A DNA stretch of 64,000 nucleotides. It comes from Macrostomum lignano. Taxonomy: Eukaryota. Every line of letters starts with the position of its first letter. Position 1 is the stretch's first letter. The stretch spans positions 62,001-126,000 of the forward strand of contig NIVC01000202.1 of assembly GCA_002269645.1 (NCBI GenBank). The letters run 5' to 3'. The position numbers and the translations under genes are program-made. Below the pieces are notes generated by a model. It was not told where the DNA came from, did not search any database, and saw nothing but the letters and a program-made list of their open reading frames with translations. Positions 1 through 12,305 of this stretch are shown piece after piece.

Positions 1-1830
1 CTCGGCCAAGCTGTCCGAGGCCCAGTTGCAGCGTGGCCGGACGCAGTGGAAGTGCTCAACGACGTTAGGCGAGTCGGCGAAGGGGCAGCCGCTGTCCCCC
101 TGCCCGCAGGCCTCCGGACTGTCGGCAGCGCCAGCCATGCGGAATCCGCAGACGGGCCGGCCGCCGCTGCCGGCCGCCAGAAAGTGCTCCCGCCGGAGCA
201 GCGCCAGAGAGCCGTCGTCAAACAGAGCCTCGGGACTCGCTTCCAGCTGCGGCGGCTGAGGCTGAGTGGCAATCGAGACGCTTGACGACGTCGTTAACGA
301 TGCCGACTTCGGCGGTCGGCCGCGCCGCCGCTGCTGCCATTCGAGCCTCGGCGCCGCCGCCGCAGCCTGCTGCTGATCAGCCTTAGAAGTCGGCGGGATC
401 GGCGGCGGCAGCTGGACGGCCTCATGACAGCGGACATGGTTCAGGCAGGCCAGCGGAGGGGCTGCCGCTTGTTCCGCCTCGCCGTCAGCGGAAGGCCGGG
501 CCAGGCAGTAGCGGCAGTGCAGGTGGACCGAGCCGGAGTCTGAGCAGTGCGGACAGGCCTCTTCTGGCTGGTGCCGGTAGAACAGGGCGGCAGCGAACTC
601 GCCGTCCAGAAAGTGCAACCTGGCGTGGTCCCTGGCGCGCTCCTTGGACCGGAAGGTAGCGGGGCACAGCAGGCAGTGCTGGTGGTCCTTGAACAGCAGT
701 TCGCACCTGGCCTGGCACGGATCGTTTGCTGTGAATCTTTTGCAGTGGCCGAGTAGCAGCTGGTCTTTGTCGGCCGCCTCCAGCTTGGCCCGGACCGCCG
801 CTCGGCTGGCCTCCAGCTCCGCCAGGGTGGCCCGGTCGGCCACGATTGCGTACCGGCTGTCATCTCCGCTGACATCGTCATCCTCTTGATGCTCCTCGAC
901 AGCCGCGTCCTGCGCATTGTTAAAGTCGGCTGCCGACGAGCCCGAAGCTGCCGCAGCCGCTGCCGATCCGGAATCATCCCGGCCGCGCCGCTCGTGCTTG
1001 CGGCAGTGGGAGAGGATCTGGCTGGACGAATGCACAACAAAGTCGCAGCCCTCCCGGATGCAGTGGATGTGGTTCATCAGCCGGGAGAATTTGCAGTCGG
1101 CAAATTCGCAAGTTTCGTACTTCATGTACTTTCGAAAGCCGTCCCTGGCGAACTGATCGTTGCGGGCGTGGTGACCCCTGTGCTTCTCCATGTCCGTCTT
1201 GTTCTTGAAGGTGAAGGAGCAGTTGGGCCGTAGGCAGTGGAAGTGGGTGGTTCTCTCCTTCTGGTACTGGCAGGTCGAGTCCGGGCACTCCTCAGTAGCG
1301 CGGAACCGCTGAAAACCCTGGCGAATAATTGCCGCATCTTTGCGGTGATAATTGGCGTGGATCTGCACATCAGAGGTGCTGATGTACACCTTGGCGCAGC
1401 CCCGGTGGGCGCAGTGGTAGTGCGTCTGGCGGCCGTTGAAGCTGCAGGTGGAGCTGCCGCACTGGTCAGCTGGGGAGTAGCGCAGAAAGCCCAAGGCCAG
1501 CGACTCCGCCCGCTTCTTGTGCCATTTCACGTGCCGGATCATCTCCTCGCGCCGGCCGAGTGGCCGTCGACAGTCGCCGCAGTGGTAGTGCTCGCGGACG
1601 CAGGCGCTGCGGCAGCCCGGATCGCCGCAGTTCTCGAAGCCCAAGTAGCGTCGGATGTAGGACTCCGGCCGCTGCGGCGGCGGCGGCAGCAGCTGCGGCA
1701 GCAGAGGCTGCGGCTGTTGATGAGGCTGCGGCTCATTGGTAGAGGCTTCTGCGGCTTCCAGAGTCTGCGCCAGTTTGCCTGCGCGTAGATCGGTTGGATT
1801 TGGAGCTGCACTGAGGTGCTTATGATAAGT
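1..1830 (-). CDS. CASZ1: Castor/CASZ1 zinc-finger transcription factor, large coding exon (continues past window start)
   Basis: Hand translation of the - frame absent from the ORF track gives Castor-type fingers: EHYHCGDCRRPLGRREEMIRHVKWHKKR, QTHYHCAHRGCAKVYISTSDVQIHANYH, TTHFHCLRPNCSFTFKNKTDMEKH, NHIHCIREGCDFVVHSSSQILSHCRKH, and EHFHCVRPRC at the left edge. In-frame stops lie upstream of ~1835. The acceptor is either ttgcag|1830 or gtgcag|1805, so the exact 5' boundary is uncertain. Confidence 0.92.
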
Positions 1831-1968
1831 CTGCAATTACTGTATCTCACAAATTCAATCATACTACTGTCAGTACTGAGTAGCATTTTTCATAGCCATG
1901 GACACTTTAGGAAGGTTTGGGGTTAAGCGAATTTGTTTGTTGTTTACTGATGAAGACTAGGGGCTATT

Positions 1969-4593
1969 GGGTGGAGACTGCGGTTTACTCAGGGGAAGAC
2001 TAAGGGGGAGACTGTGGGTTACTCAGGGGGAGACTGTGGGTTACTCAGGGGGAGACTGTGTGGGTTACTCAGGGGGAGACCGTGGGTTACTCAGGGGAGA
2101 CTGTGGGTTACTCAGGGGGAGACCGTGGGTTACTCAGGGGGAGACTGTGTGGGTTACTCAGGGGAGACTGTGAGATACTCAGGGGGAGACTGTGGGTTAC
2201 TCAGGGGGAGACTGTGAGATACTCAGGGGAGACTGTGGGTTGCTCAGGGGGAGACTGTGGGTTACTGAGGGGAGACTGTGGGTTACTCAGGGGGAGACCG
2301 TGGGTTGCTCAGGGGGAGACTGTGGGTTACTGAGGGGAGACTATGGGTTGCTCAGGGGGAGACTGTGGGTTACTCAGGGGGAGACTGTGAGTTACTCAGG
2401 GGGAGACTGTGGGTTACTCAGGGGGAGACTATGAGTTACTCAGGGGAAGACTGTGGGTTACTCAGGGGGAGACTGTGAGTTACTCAGGGGGAGACTGTGC
2501 GTTACTCAGGGGAGACTGTGGGTTGCTCAGGGGGAGACTGTGAGTTACTCAGGGGGAGACCGTGGGTTACTCAGGGGGACTGTGGGTTACTCAGGGGAGA
2601 CTGTGGGTTGCTCAGGGGGAGACTGTGAGTTACTCAGGGGGAGACTGTGGGTTACTCAGGGGAGACCGTGGGTTACTCAGGGGGAGACTGTGGGTTACTC
2701 CGGGGAGACTGATGGGTTGCTCAGGGGGAGACTGTAAGTTACTCAGGGGAGACCGTGGGTTACTCAGGGGAGACTGTGAGTTACTCAGGGGGAGACTGTG
2801 GGTTACTCAGGGGGAGACTGTGAGTTACTCAGGGGGAGACTGTGGGTTACTCAGGGGGAGACTGTGGGTTACTCAGGGGAGACTGTGAGTTACTCAGGGG
2901 GAGACTGTGGGTTACTCAGGGGAGACTGTGGGTTACTCACGGGGAGACTGTGGGTTACTCAGGGGAGACTGTGGGTTGCTCAGGGGGAGACTGTGGGTTA
3001 CTGAGGGGGAGACTATGGGTTGCTCAGGGGGAGACTGTGGGTTACTCAGGGGGAGACTGTGAGTTACTCAGGGGGACACTGTGGGTTACTCAGGGGGAGA
3101 CCGTAGGTTACTCAGGGGGAGACTGTGAGTTACTCAGGGGGAGACTGTGGGTTACTCAGGGGGAGACCGTGGGTTGCTCAGGGGGAGACTGTGGGTTACT
3201 GAGGGGAGACTATGGGTTGCTCAGGGGGAGACTGTGGGTTACTCAGGGGGAGACTGTGAGTTACTCAGGGGGAGACTGTGGGTTACTCAGGGGGAGACTA
3301 TGAGTTACTCAGGGGAAGACTGTGGGTTACTCAGGGGGAGACTGTGAGTTACTCAGGGGGAGACTGTGCGTTACTCAGGGGAGACTGTGGGTTGCTCAGG
3401 GGGAGACTGTGAGTTACTCAGGGGGAGACCGTGGGTTACTCAGGGGGGACTGTGGGTTACTCAGGGGAGACTGTGGGTTGCTCAGGGGGAGACTGTGAGT
3501 TACTCAGGGGGAGACTGTGGGTTACTCAGGGGAGACCGTGGGTTACTCAGGGGGAGACTGTGGGTTACTCCGGGGAGACTGATGGGTTGCTCAGGGGGAG
3601 ACTGTAAGTTACTCAGGGGAGACCGTGGGTTACTCAGGGGGAGACTGTGAGTTACTCAGGGGGAGACTGTGGGTTACTCAGGGGGAGACTGTGAGTTACT
3701 CAGGGGGAGACTGTGGGTTACTCAGGGGGAGACTGTGGGTTACTCAGGGGAGACTGTGAGTTACTCAGGGGGAGACTGTGGGTTACTCAGGGGAGACTGT
3801 GGGTTACTCACGGGGAGACTGTGGGTTACTCAGGGGAGACTGTGGGTTGCTCAGGGGGAGACTGTGGGTTACTGAGGGGGAGACTATGGGTTGCTCAGGG
3901 GGAGACTGTGGGTTACTCAGGGGGAGACTGTGAGTTACTCAGGGGGACACTGTGGGTTACTCAGGGGGAGACCGTAGGTTACTCAGGGGGAGACTGTGAG
4001 TTACTCAGGGGGAGACTGTGGGTTACTCAGGGGGAGACTGTGCGTTACTCAGGGGAGACTGTTGGTTGCTCAGGGGGAGACTGTGGGTTACTCAGGGGAG
4101 ACTGTGGGTTACTCAGGGGGAGACCGTGGGTTACTCAGGGGGAGACTGTGCGTTACTCAGGGGAGACTGTGGGTTGCTCAGGGGGAGACTGTGGGTTACT
4201 CAGGGGAGACTGTGGGTTACTCAGGGGGGAGACCGTGGGTTACTCAGGGGGAGACTGAGTTACTCAGGGGATACTGTGAGTTACTCAGGGGGAGACTGTG
4301 GGTTACTAAGGGGGAGACTGTGGGTTACTCAGGGGGAGACTGTGGGTTACTCAGGGGAGACTGTGGGTTACTCAGGGGAGACCGTGGGTTACTCAGGGGG
4401 AGACTGTGAGTTACTCAGGGGAGACTGTGGGTTACTCAGGGGGAGACTGTGGGTTACTCAGGGGAAGACTGTGGGTTACTCAGGGGGAGACTGTGAGTTA
4501 CTCAGGGGGGAGACCGTGGGTTACTCAGGGGGAGACTGTGGGTTGCTCACGGGAGACTGTGAGTTACTCAGGGGGAGACTGTGAGTTACTCAG
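1969..4593. repeat. Minisatellite, 21-22 bp unit GGGTTACTCAGGGG(G)AGACTGT, intronic in castor
   Basis: Tandem units directly visible; rare variants recur about 870 bp apart (e.g. ~2701 and ~3571). Confidence 0.98.
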
Positions 4594-5009
4594 TAGGCTA
4601 CTCAGGGAAGCAGTAGACTGCTCAGGAAGGCTTTAGGCTCAGGAGCTTTTGGATTGCTAGTTTATGGCACTTCCTCAATTGCTTTTATAACCTTTTATTG
4701 CTTTTTTAGCAGTCTAACACGCAGTCAAAGCATCCGTGTGTACCTTTGAAGAGGGACGGCTTGTTCAAGCACAAACCATCGAATTCTCCATTTGGTGCCG
4801 TGGTAGAGGGCGCTGCAATGAGCCGCACAGGGGGTTGGATACTAAATAGAATTAAATAAAACAGTTTACAATGTGCCACATGCCTGACAAACTTTGTACG
4901 AATTCTGTGGGTAGTTGAGCAGTTTTCCACAATATTTTTCGCGAATAGAATAACAAAAGAAGACTGCAAAAAGCTTTCAATTAGTGAAGTTTTTCTTCGT
5001 TTCAACTGG

Positions 5010-5012
<3 letters not shown>

Positions 5013-5074
<62 letters not shown>
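5013..5074. repeat. (TC)n microsatellite
   Basis: Directly visible. Confidence 0.98.
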
Positions 5075-5077
<3 letters not shown>

Positions 5078-5118
5078 CTGGTCGAGTCTAGCTCGGTGGG
5101 GCCTGGCTTCGATGCAGA

Positions 5119-5132
5119 GTTGCCATGGTTAC
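5119..5132. promoter_or_regulatory. RFX X-box-like motif GTTGCCATGGTTAC
   Basis: Reverse complement GTAACCATGGCAAC fits the X-box consensus GTHNYYATRRNAAC. Function is untested. Confidence 0.3.
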
Positions 5133-5510
5133 AGCTCTTCTCTCGGCCTCTTGTGCTTAACGTAAAAAATAGAATACGAGCTACATTTATAATATAATTT
5201 AGGAGACTTGGAAATGAAACTGCAATTTATTTGCTTCTTTTGCTCATTTTATGGCCCACGGCGGCTGCAGCGGGCTGCCTAGAGATGGGCTTGAGGCAGC
5301 AATGAATCGTTGCACCCAATTTTGAGCCTAATCGTATTAACACAGGAAATAAATTCTATTACATAATTGCTAATTTAACAAGCTAATTTAATATGCAATC
5401 AGACAAGTCAATATTGTTTTAGATCTATTGATAAATATATTAACTTTTCAATTTGGCAGCGTGTCGATATTTACTTTTGCCTCACTTTCGAAACGAATTA
5501 GTACTTAATG

Positions 5511-5840
5511 CCCTCAAACCTCATATCCCCTCAAACCTCATATCCCCTCAAACCTCATATCCCCTCAAACCTCATATCCCCTCAAACCTCATATCCCCAA
5601 ATCTCATATCCCCAAACCTCATATCCCCAAACCTCACATCCCCAAACCTCACATCCCAAACCTCATATCCCCTCAAACCTCATATCCCCTCAAACCTCAT
5701 ATCATCAAACCTCAATCCCCAAACCTCATATCCCCAAACCTCACATCCCAAACCTCATATCCCCTCAAACCTCATAACCCCTCAAACCTCATATCATCAA
5801 ACCTCAATCCCCAAACCTCATATCCCTAAACCTCATATCC
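5511..5840. repeat. Minisatellite, 15-18 bp unit (CCT)CAAACCTCATATCCC
   Basis: Tandem units visible. Confidence 0.95.
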
Positions 5841-6122
5841 CATCATATGAGGTGACTATGGCCTTTCACGACCCTCAGCGCGATAAACAAAACGAGATCT
5901 TTGCTCTAAAGGCTGTGGAATGAGAAGTCAGTCTGTGCCATAGAACTCCACCTCGCCTGGGTGTCTCCTTCCCATTCTAGCAACAAAAATGGCCTGGGCA
6001 GTTCTGCGTGCTAAAACAGCTCTTATTAGCAGAACAATTTTAAACAGCTCCCAGCATTCTAATTTTCTCAGGCATCAAATTTTTGCTAGTTTTTGGTTCC
6101 CTCTCTCTCCCAGTTCCCACTC

Positions 6123-6137
6123 GTTGCCAATGGCAAC
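6123..6137. promoter_or_regulatory. RFX X-box-like palindrome GTTGCCAATGGCAAC
   Basis: Matches GTNRCC-N3-RGYAAC and sits inside the palindrome TCGTTGCCA-A-TGGCAACGA. Confidence 0.3.
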
Positions 6138-7217
6138 GAAACAAAATTTTTTGACACTCAGACTCCGCCACTGGGGCCGCTGAGCCCTCAATGCATTGCT
6201 CCCGAGATTCTCAGACCCCCCTTCGTATCCCTCGCCCGCAGCTCCCAGGTCCTTGCCGGAAGTGCTTCGGCCGGGAGTGCCGGGGCTGGAGACGGCATTG
6301 AAGAATTTTTGCCCCCAAAGAGAGCAAAATCTGATGTCGCAGAGGCTGGAACCCGATTTAAAAAAAGCTATTGAGCTCCCCATAGCCTCCGCGTGCGCCA
6401 CAGCCACAAAAGCTTGGCTCCTCAGGCTCCGTCATCATCACCCTAGCCATCACTTTTAATGGGCTAGCTTTGGGCAATAAAATCTTTTTGGTGAGCCAGC
6501 GCCTTGCAGCTTAATAATACTTCTTCTTTTTTGGGGCCTTTTTGCGACTGAAAAGACTTGAAAAATCAATCACGGGCCAGAGTGGCCCAGCCGGTGGGTT
6601 CATTGCGGCAGTGGGTGACACGGCTGTCTTAGCGGGCCAGTGCGGCAACCCTTCCGCTCTGAGCCCGGCACGGTCATAATGAAGTCTTGGAGGTGAGCTC
6701 CTTCTGAGAGGCTCATCTCACTTGAACAGGAACTGCACACACACAGAGAGATCTATTCTTTAGCATCAACTAGAATAGGTAGAGAGGCTTGAATCGCACA
6801 GCACAATATCAATGCTTTAATCCCACCAGTAAAATACCGATAGTCCCTGATCCCCGCGCAGAATTTTATGCCTAGCTAAGAAAAAAATAAAAGCAAGTTT
6901 AGTCTTGAAGAAGGGGAGAACTGAAAATTTGCAGCTGCTTTTAGCTGTCTCTCTCTCGCATTGTGCGCGGCCAAGGGGTTGCTCTGTTTTCTTTCAAAAA
7001 AGGCAGTCTTAAATAAGCTGTTTTCCTGTCCAGTGCTTGACCAACCTCTCGATTCTCCGGAGCTCAACAACTTGCTGGCTTGTGGCCTTCTGTTTGGCGG
7101 AATATTCAGCCACAAATATTCTTATATCCCTTTATCCCTTCTGCAAAGCAGTTTTTTGCCTTGGCTATTTTTCCTGTTTATCCGTCCAAGGAGATCTGGA
7201 ACTATAAAGTCTGGAGT

Positions 7218-7683
7218 CAGTGGCGCTCCAGGAGTTTTAAATACCCTGAGTGGCGCCAATATTTGGTGTCTTGATTGGCGCCGTCTGTCTCTTGGTTGGC
7301 TGCCTGTCTCTTGGTTGGTACCCCCAGTCTCTTGTTTGGCGCCCCCAATCTCTTGGTTGGCGCCCCCAGTCTCTAGGTTGGCGCCGCCTGTCTCTTGTTT
7401 GGCGCCGCCTGTCTCTTGTTTGGCGCCCCAGTGTCTTGTTTGGCGCCCCAGTCTCTTGGTTGGCGCCGCCTGTCTCTTGGTTGGCGCCCCCAGTGTCTTG
7501 GTTGGTGCCCCCAGTCTCTTGGTTGGCGCCCCCAGTCTCTTGGTTGGTGCCCCCAGTGTCTTGGTTGGTGCCCCCAGTCTCTTGGTTGGCGCCGCCTGTC
7601 TCTTGTTTGGCGCCCCCAATCTCTTGGTTGGCGCCCCCAATCTCTTGGTTGGCGCCCCCAATCTCTTGGTTGGCGCGCCCCTG
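7218..7683. mobile_element. hAT-like MITE shell (CAGTGGCGC...GCGCCCCTG) filled with a 19-21 bp GGCGCC minisatellite
   Basis: Ends resemble those of the TSD-flanked element at 51237-51422. Interior ~7270-7680 is tandem GTCTCTTG(G/T)TTGGCGCC(CC/GC). No 8-bp TSD found. Confidence 0.5.
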
Positions 7684-8157
7684 TCTCTTTCAGTTACAAG
7701 AAAACTAAAACAGCTTTAATGTCAAAAAAAATTGTTCAAGAACCCCCAGTCTTAGGGAAGAGAGTCACTCAATTCCAAGTTCCACTTTTAGCTGTCCTGG
7801 GCCAAAAAATTTCCCCTCAAAAAGAGCCTCTCAATTGTAAATTTTATAAATCGATCTCAACTCGATTGCGGTGGCCCGTAGGGGGTAGGGGTTGGTGGCG
7901 CAAACTTTTTTATAGTAAAATTTTGCCCCATGCAGAAAAGCACGCCTCTTTTATGCTGCCTTACCAGTAGATTCCATTGAAGGAGGTTCAGCAGATCCAC
8001 CTCTCTCTCTTTCTCTCTATCTCTCTCTTTTCTCTGCCATGGCCGATCTGACAATTATTAGAATTTCACATTTCATGCTACAAAGACTGCTTCGCTCTCT
8101 GCGACTGCGGAAGGCATTTGGTGGCGCCATGGCAACTACTTCGAATTGTCTAACTCG

Positions 8158-9262
8158 TATATGAGAATAATCAAACTAGCATATGAGAATCATCAAACTA
8201 GCATATGAGAATCATCAAACTAGCATATGAGAATCATCAAACTCCTATATGAGAATCATCAAATGAGAATCATCAAACTAGCATATGAGAATCATCAAAC
8301 TAGCATATGAGAATCATCAAACTCGTATATGATAATCATCAAACTAGCATATGAGAATCATCAAACTCGTATATGAGAATCATCAAACTCGTATATGGGA
8401 ATCATCAAACTCCTATATGAGAATCATCAAACTAGCATATGAGAATCATCATACTCGCATATGAGAATCATCAATCTAGCATATTAGAATCATCAAACTA
8501 GCATATGAGAATCATCAAACTAGCATATGAGAATCATCAAACTCCTATATGAGAATCATCAAACTCCTATATGAGAATCATCAAACTCCTATATGAGAAT
8601 CATCAAACTCCTATATGAGAATCATCAAACTCCTATATGAGAATCATCAACTAGCATATGAGAATCATCAAACTAGCATATGAGAATCATCAAACTAGCA
8701 TATGAGAATCATCAAACTCCTATATGAGAATCATCAAACTCCTATATGGGAATCATCAAACTCCTATATGAGAATCATCAAACTCCTATATGAGAATCAT
8801 CAAACTCGTATATGGGAATCATCAAACTCCTATATGGGAATCATCAAACTCCTATATGAGAATCATCAAACTCCTATATGAGAATCATCAAACTCCTATA
8901 TGAGAATCATCAACTAGCATATGAGAATCATCAAACTAGCATATGAGAATCATCAAACTAGCATATGAGAATCATCAAACTCCTATATGAGAATCATCAA
9001 ACTCCTATATGAGAATCATCAAACTCCTATATGGGAATCATCAAACTCCTATATGAGAATCATCAAACTAGCATATGAGAATCATCAAACTAGCATATGA
9101 GAATCATCAAACTCGTATATGAGAATCATCAAACTAGCATATGAGAATCATTTAAATTTTATATGAGAATCATCGTCGACATGAGAATCATTAATATGAG
9201 AATAATTAATATGAGAAAAATCTTGGATGAGAAACCACAGATTTGAGAATCATCTATGAGAA
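8158..9262. repeat. Minisatellite, 22 bp unit ATATGAGAATCATCAAACT(AGC/CCT/CGT)
   Basis: Tandem units; they decay toward the putative castor donor at 9288. Confidence 0.97.
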
Positions 9263-9288
9263 TCACACAAGATAATAACAGTTCTCAC

Positions 9289-9616
9289 CACTGCCTGCGC
9301 TGCTGAGGCTGTTACCGCCGCCGCCGCCGACGCCGCTGTTGCCATGACAACTAGTCAAGTCCACCGCCTCCTGCTCCCTAGTGCACAGATTCAGCGGCTG
9401 ATCTTCATCCCATTCGTCTTGGACGTCGGCTTTGTCGGAGCTGCCCAGATTGTCGAGTCGCTTCCTTTTGCACTCCGGGGGCGGCAGAGATTCAGTTGAA
9501 GGCGACCCAGCTGGCGGCGGCTGAGGCGTCGCCTCACCGACAACACCTTCCGGTGTGTCAGTTCGCGACAATTGCAAACGCCGGCAGATGTCATCCAGCA
9601 TGAGGGTGCGGCGCAT
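9289..9616 (-). CDS. CASZ1: Putative first coding exon of castor/CASZ1
   Basis: MRRTLMLDDICRRLQ resembles the CASZ1 N-terminal LKLNAICAKLS segment (recalled). It also has a KRKR basic patch and PLNL/AVDLT (PxDLS-like) motifs, a GTGAGA donor at 9288, and upstream TATA and CCAAT boxes. The connection to the 1-1830 exon is not resolved. Confidence 0.6.
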
Positions 9617-9624
9617 GATTCTGT

Positions 9625-9801
9625 CTCTAGCTGTACTGGAGCCTGACCTCGGTGGAGTGACTGAGTCTGCCGAGTGCTCACTCTAGCTGTACTGGATGGA
9701 GCCTGACCTCGGTGGAGTGACTGAGTCTGCCGAGTGCTCACTCTAGCTGTACTGGATGGAGCCTGACCTCGGTGGAGTGACTGAGTCTGCCGAGTGCTCA
9801 C
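9625..9801. repeat. Three tandem copies of a 60-bp unit (first copy 56 bp) in the putative castor 5' UTR
   Basis: Sequence lines 9661-9720 and 9721-9780 are identical. Confidence 0.95.
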
Positions 9802-10028
9802 TTTATAGAACAAGCTTCTTATAATACTATCAACGCTACGAAGTGTTGCAGCCCCAACCAACCAAAATTATTTTATTTCTACGGTAAAAAACGCAAGGCA
9901 TTGTTGGACCCTCCTGACAGCTGATTGGCTGGTGCCAGGGACCTTCTCGGTCAGACTTGGACTTGGACTGGAAGCGACACAATACGCTCGTAAAATCGGA
10001 ATCAAATAGCCATCGTATATAGGATTGG
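9802..10028 (-). promoter_or_regulatory. Putative castor promoter: TATAAA (9807-9802) and two CCAAT boxes (9924-9928, 10024-10028)
   Basis: Motifs seen on the - strand in the expected order upstream of the ATG at 9616. Confidence 0.45.
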
Positions 10029-10138
10029 CTAAAAAATGGAGCACAATTAAAGTATAAATTTCTTATTAAAGGGGGGGGGACTTGCAGTTTTTAGCATTTA
10101 AAAACTTTTCAACTGTTAACAAATTATTTATTAACCTG

Positions 10139-11433
10139 ATTGATCCCATCATTGATCCTATCATTGATCCCATCATTGATCCTATCATTGATCCCATCAT
10201 TGATCCCATCATTGATCCTATCATTGATCCCATCATTGATCCTATCATTGATCTCATCATTGATCCTATCATTGATCCCATCATTGATCCTATCATTGAT
10301 CCTATCATTGATCCCATCATTGATCCTATCATTGATCCCATCATTGATCCTATCATTGATCCCATCATTGATCCCATCATTGATCCTATCATTGATCCCA
10401 TCATTTATCCTATCATTGATCTCATCATTGATCCTATCATTGATCCCATCATTGATCCTATCATTGATCCCATCATTGATCTCATCATTGATCCTATCAT
10501 TGATCCAATCATTGATCCCATCATTGATCCCATCATTGATCCTATCATTATCCCATCATTGATCCTATCATTGATCCCATCATTGATCCTATCATTGATC
10601 CCATCATTGATCCCATCATTGATCCTATCATTGATCCTATCATCGATCCTATCATTGATCCCATCATTGATCCTATCATTGATCCCATCATTGATCTCAT
10701 CATTGATCCTATCATTGATCCAATCATTGATCCCATCATTGATCCCATCATTGATCCTATCATTGATCCCATCATTGATCCCATCATTGATCCTATCATT
10801 GATCCTATCATCGATCCTATCATTGATCCCATCATTGATCCCATCATTGATCCTATCATTATCCCATCATTGATCCTATCATTGATCCCATCATTGATCC
10901 TATCATTGATCCTATCATTGATCCCATCATTGATCCCATTATTGATCCCATCATTGATCTCATCATTGATCCTATCATTGATCCAATCATTGATCCCATC
11001 ATTGATCCTATCATTATCCCATCATTGATCCTATCATTGATCCCATCATTGATCCTATCATTGATCCCATCATTGATCCCATCATTGATCCTATCATTGA
11101 TCCTATCATCGATCCTATCATTGATCCCATCATTGATCCTATCATTGATCCTATCATTGATCCCATCATTGATCCCATCATTGATCCCATCATTGATCCC
11201 ATCATTGATCTCATCATTGATCCTATCATTGATCCAATCATTGATCCTATCATTGATCCTATCATTGATCCCATCATTGATCCCATCATTGATCCCATCA
11301 TTGATCCCATCATTGATCCTATCATTGATCCTATCATTGATCCCATCATTGATCCTATCATTGATCCCATCATTGATCCTATCATTGATCCCATCATTGA
11401 TCCTATCATTGATCCCATCATTGATCCCATCAT
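10139..11433. repeat. 12-bp minisatellite ATTGATCCYATC
   Basis: About 100 tandem units; source of the IDPI/SLIP/MIGS ORFs. Confidence 0.98.
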
Positions 11434-12305
11434 CTACCCCCCTCTGCCCCATCCGCATCCCTTGCCCCACTGCCCCTCTTCCCCTGCCACCTCTGTCATG
11501 TTCCACGGTACCTGAGATTAAGAGCCGTTGCGGGTCCTCCAGTCCAGATATTCAAAGGTCCCTGATTCAGTTTATTAGTTGCTGCTGTCGCCTACGCTTA
11601 GCGCAACAGGCTTTGTCTTTGAAAAATTTTGCTTTCTTAATAAAATAAACGCGAGTGAATTTTGCCTCAGGCCTGTGCATTTTTAAAGGTTATTTTTCAG
11701 TGAAACAGGCTGCCAGCACACAGCTGAGTGGTCTAAATAACACTGCCTACTCTATGGATGCTGCTCTCTCATGTTTTCCTTCCGTTGCTGTTTTTAGTGT
11801 TTTTCCTTCCAACACTATCAATTGTTTAGTTCAAGTTTAAAACCTCTGACCATCAGATGGCGAACGCTTAAAACACTCACATTTATCGGTCATACATTTC
11901 ATGAACCTCTAGGGGTCATATAAGTCATAACAGATTAAGAGTAATAACAGATTAATGGTCATACTAGTCATGCTCCCAAGGATCATAGCTCGTACAAGGA
12001 CAACTTAAGTAGAAGGACGCAACACTCGAAATCTATGGTAAAAGTTTTGAAGGCCACTTTTCGCCGAAAAATACACTACGGAGATAGGGAATTTCACGAT
12101 TTTCAACACTAAAACAGTGATTGGGTCTCTTAACAGTGTCAGAGAAAGTTCTAATCACACTATTTTGTGCCTCACATGCTGCTCTAACGACGCGTTAATT
12201 GATTAATCGATTGAATGCAAAAAACGTTTAAAATAATGACAAGACCAATTGGATCATAGGTCATAACACTTGTAGAGGTCATATGGATCATAACCCGCCT
12301 ACGGG

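Noticed and set aside
26-1788. Several short ORFs on both strands over the castor exon
   Set aside because: Shadow frames of a GC-rich coding exon; the zinc-finger frame is the real one.
1969-4593. Array unit GTTACTCAGGGGAGAC as a multimerised X-box
   Set aside because: Half-site spacing (4-5 nt) exceeds the 0-3 nt of the RFX consensus.
6093-6374. 93-aa + strand ORF with an upstream pyrimidine tract and a PPKRAK motif
   Set aside because: No recognisable domain and no partner exons; it lies antisense within the castor intron.
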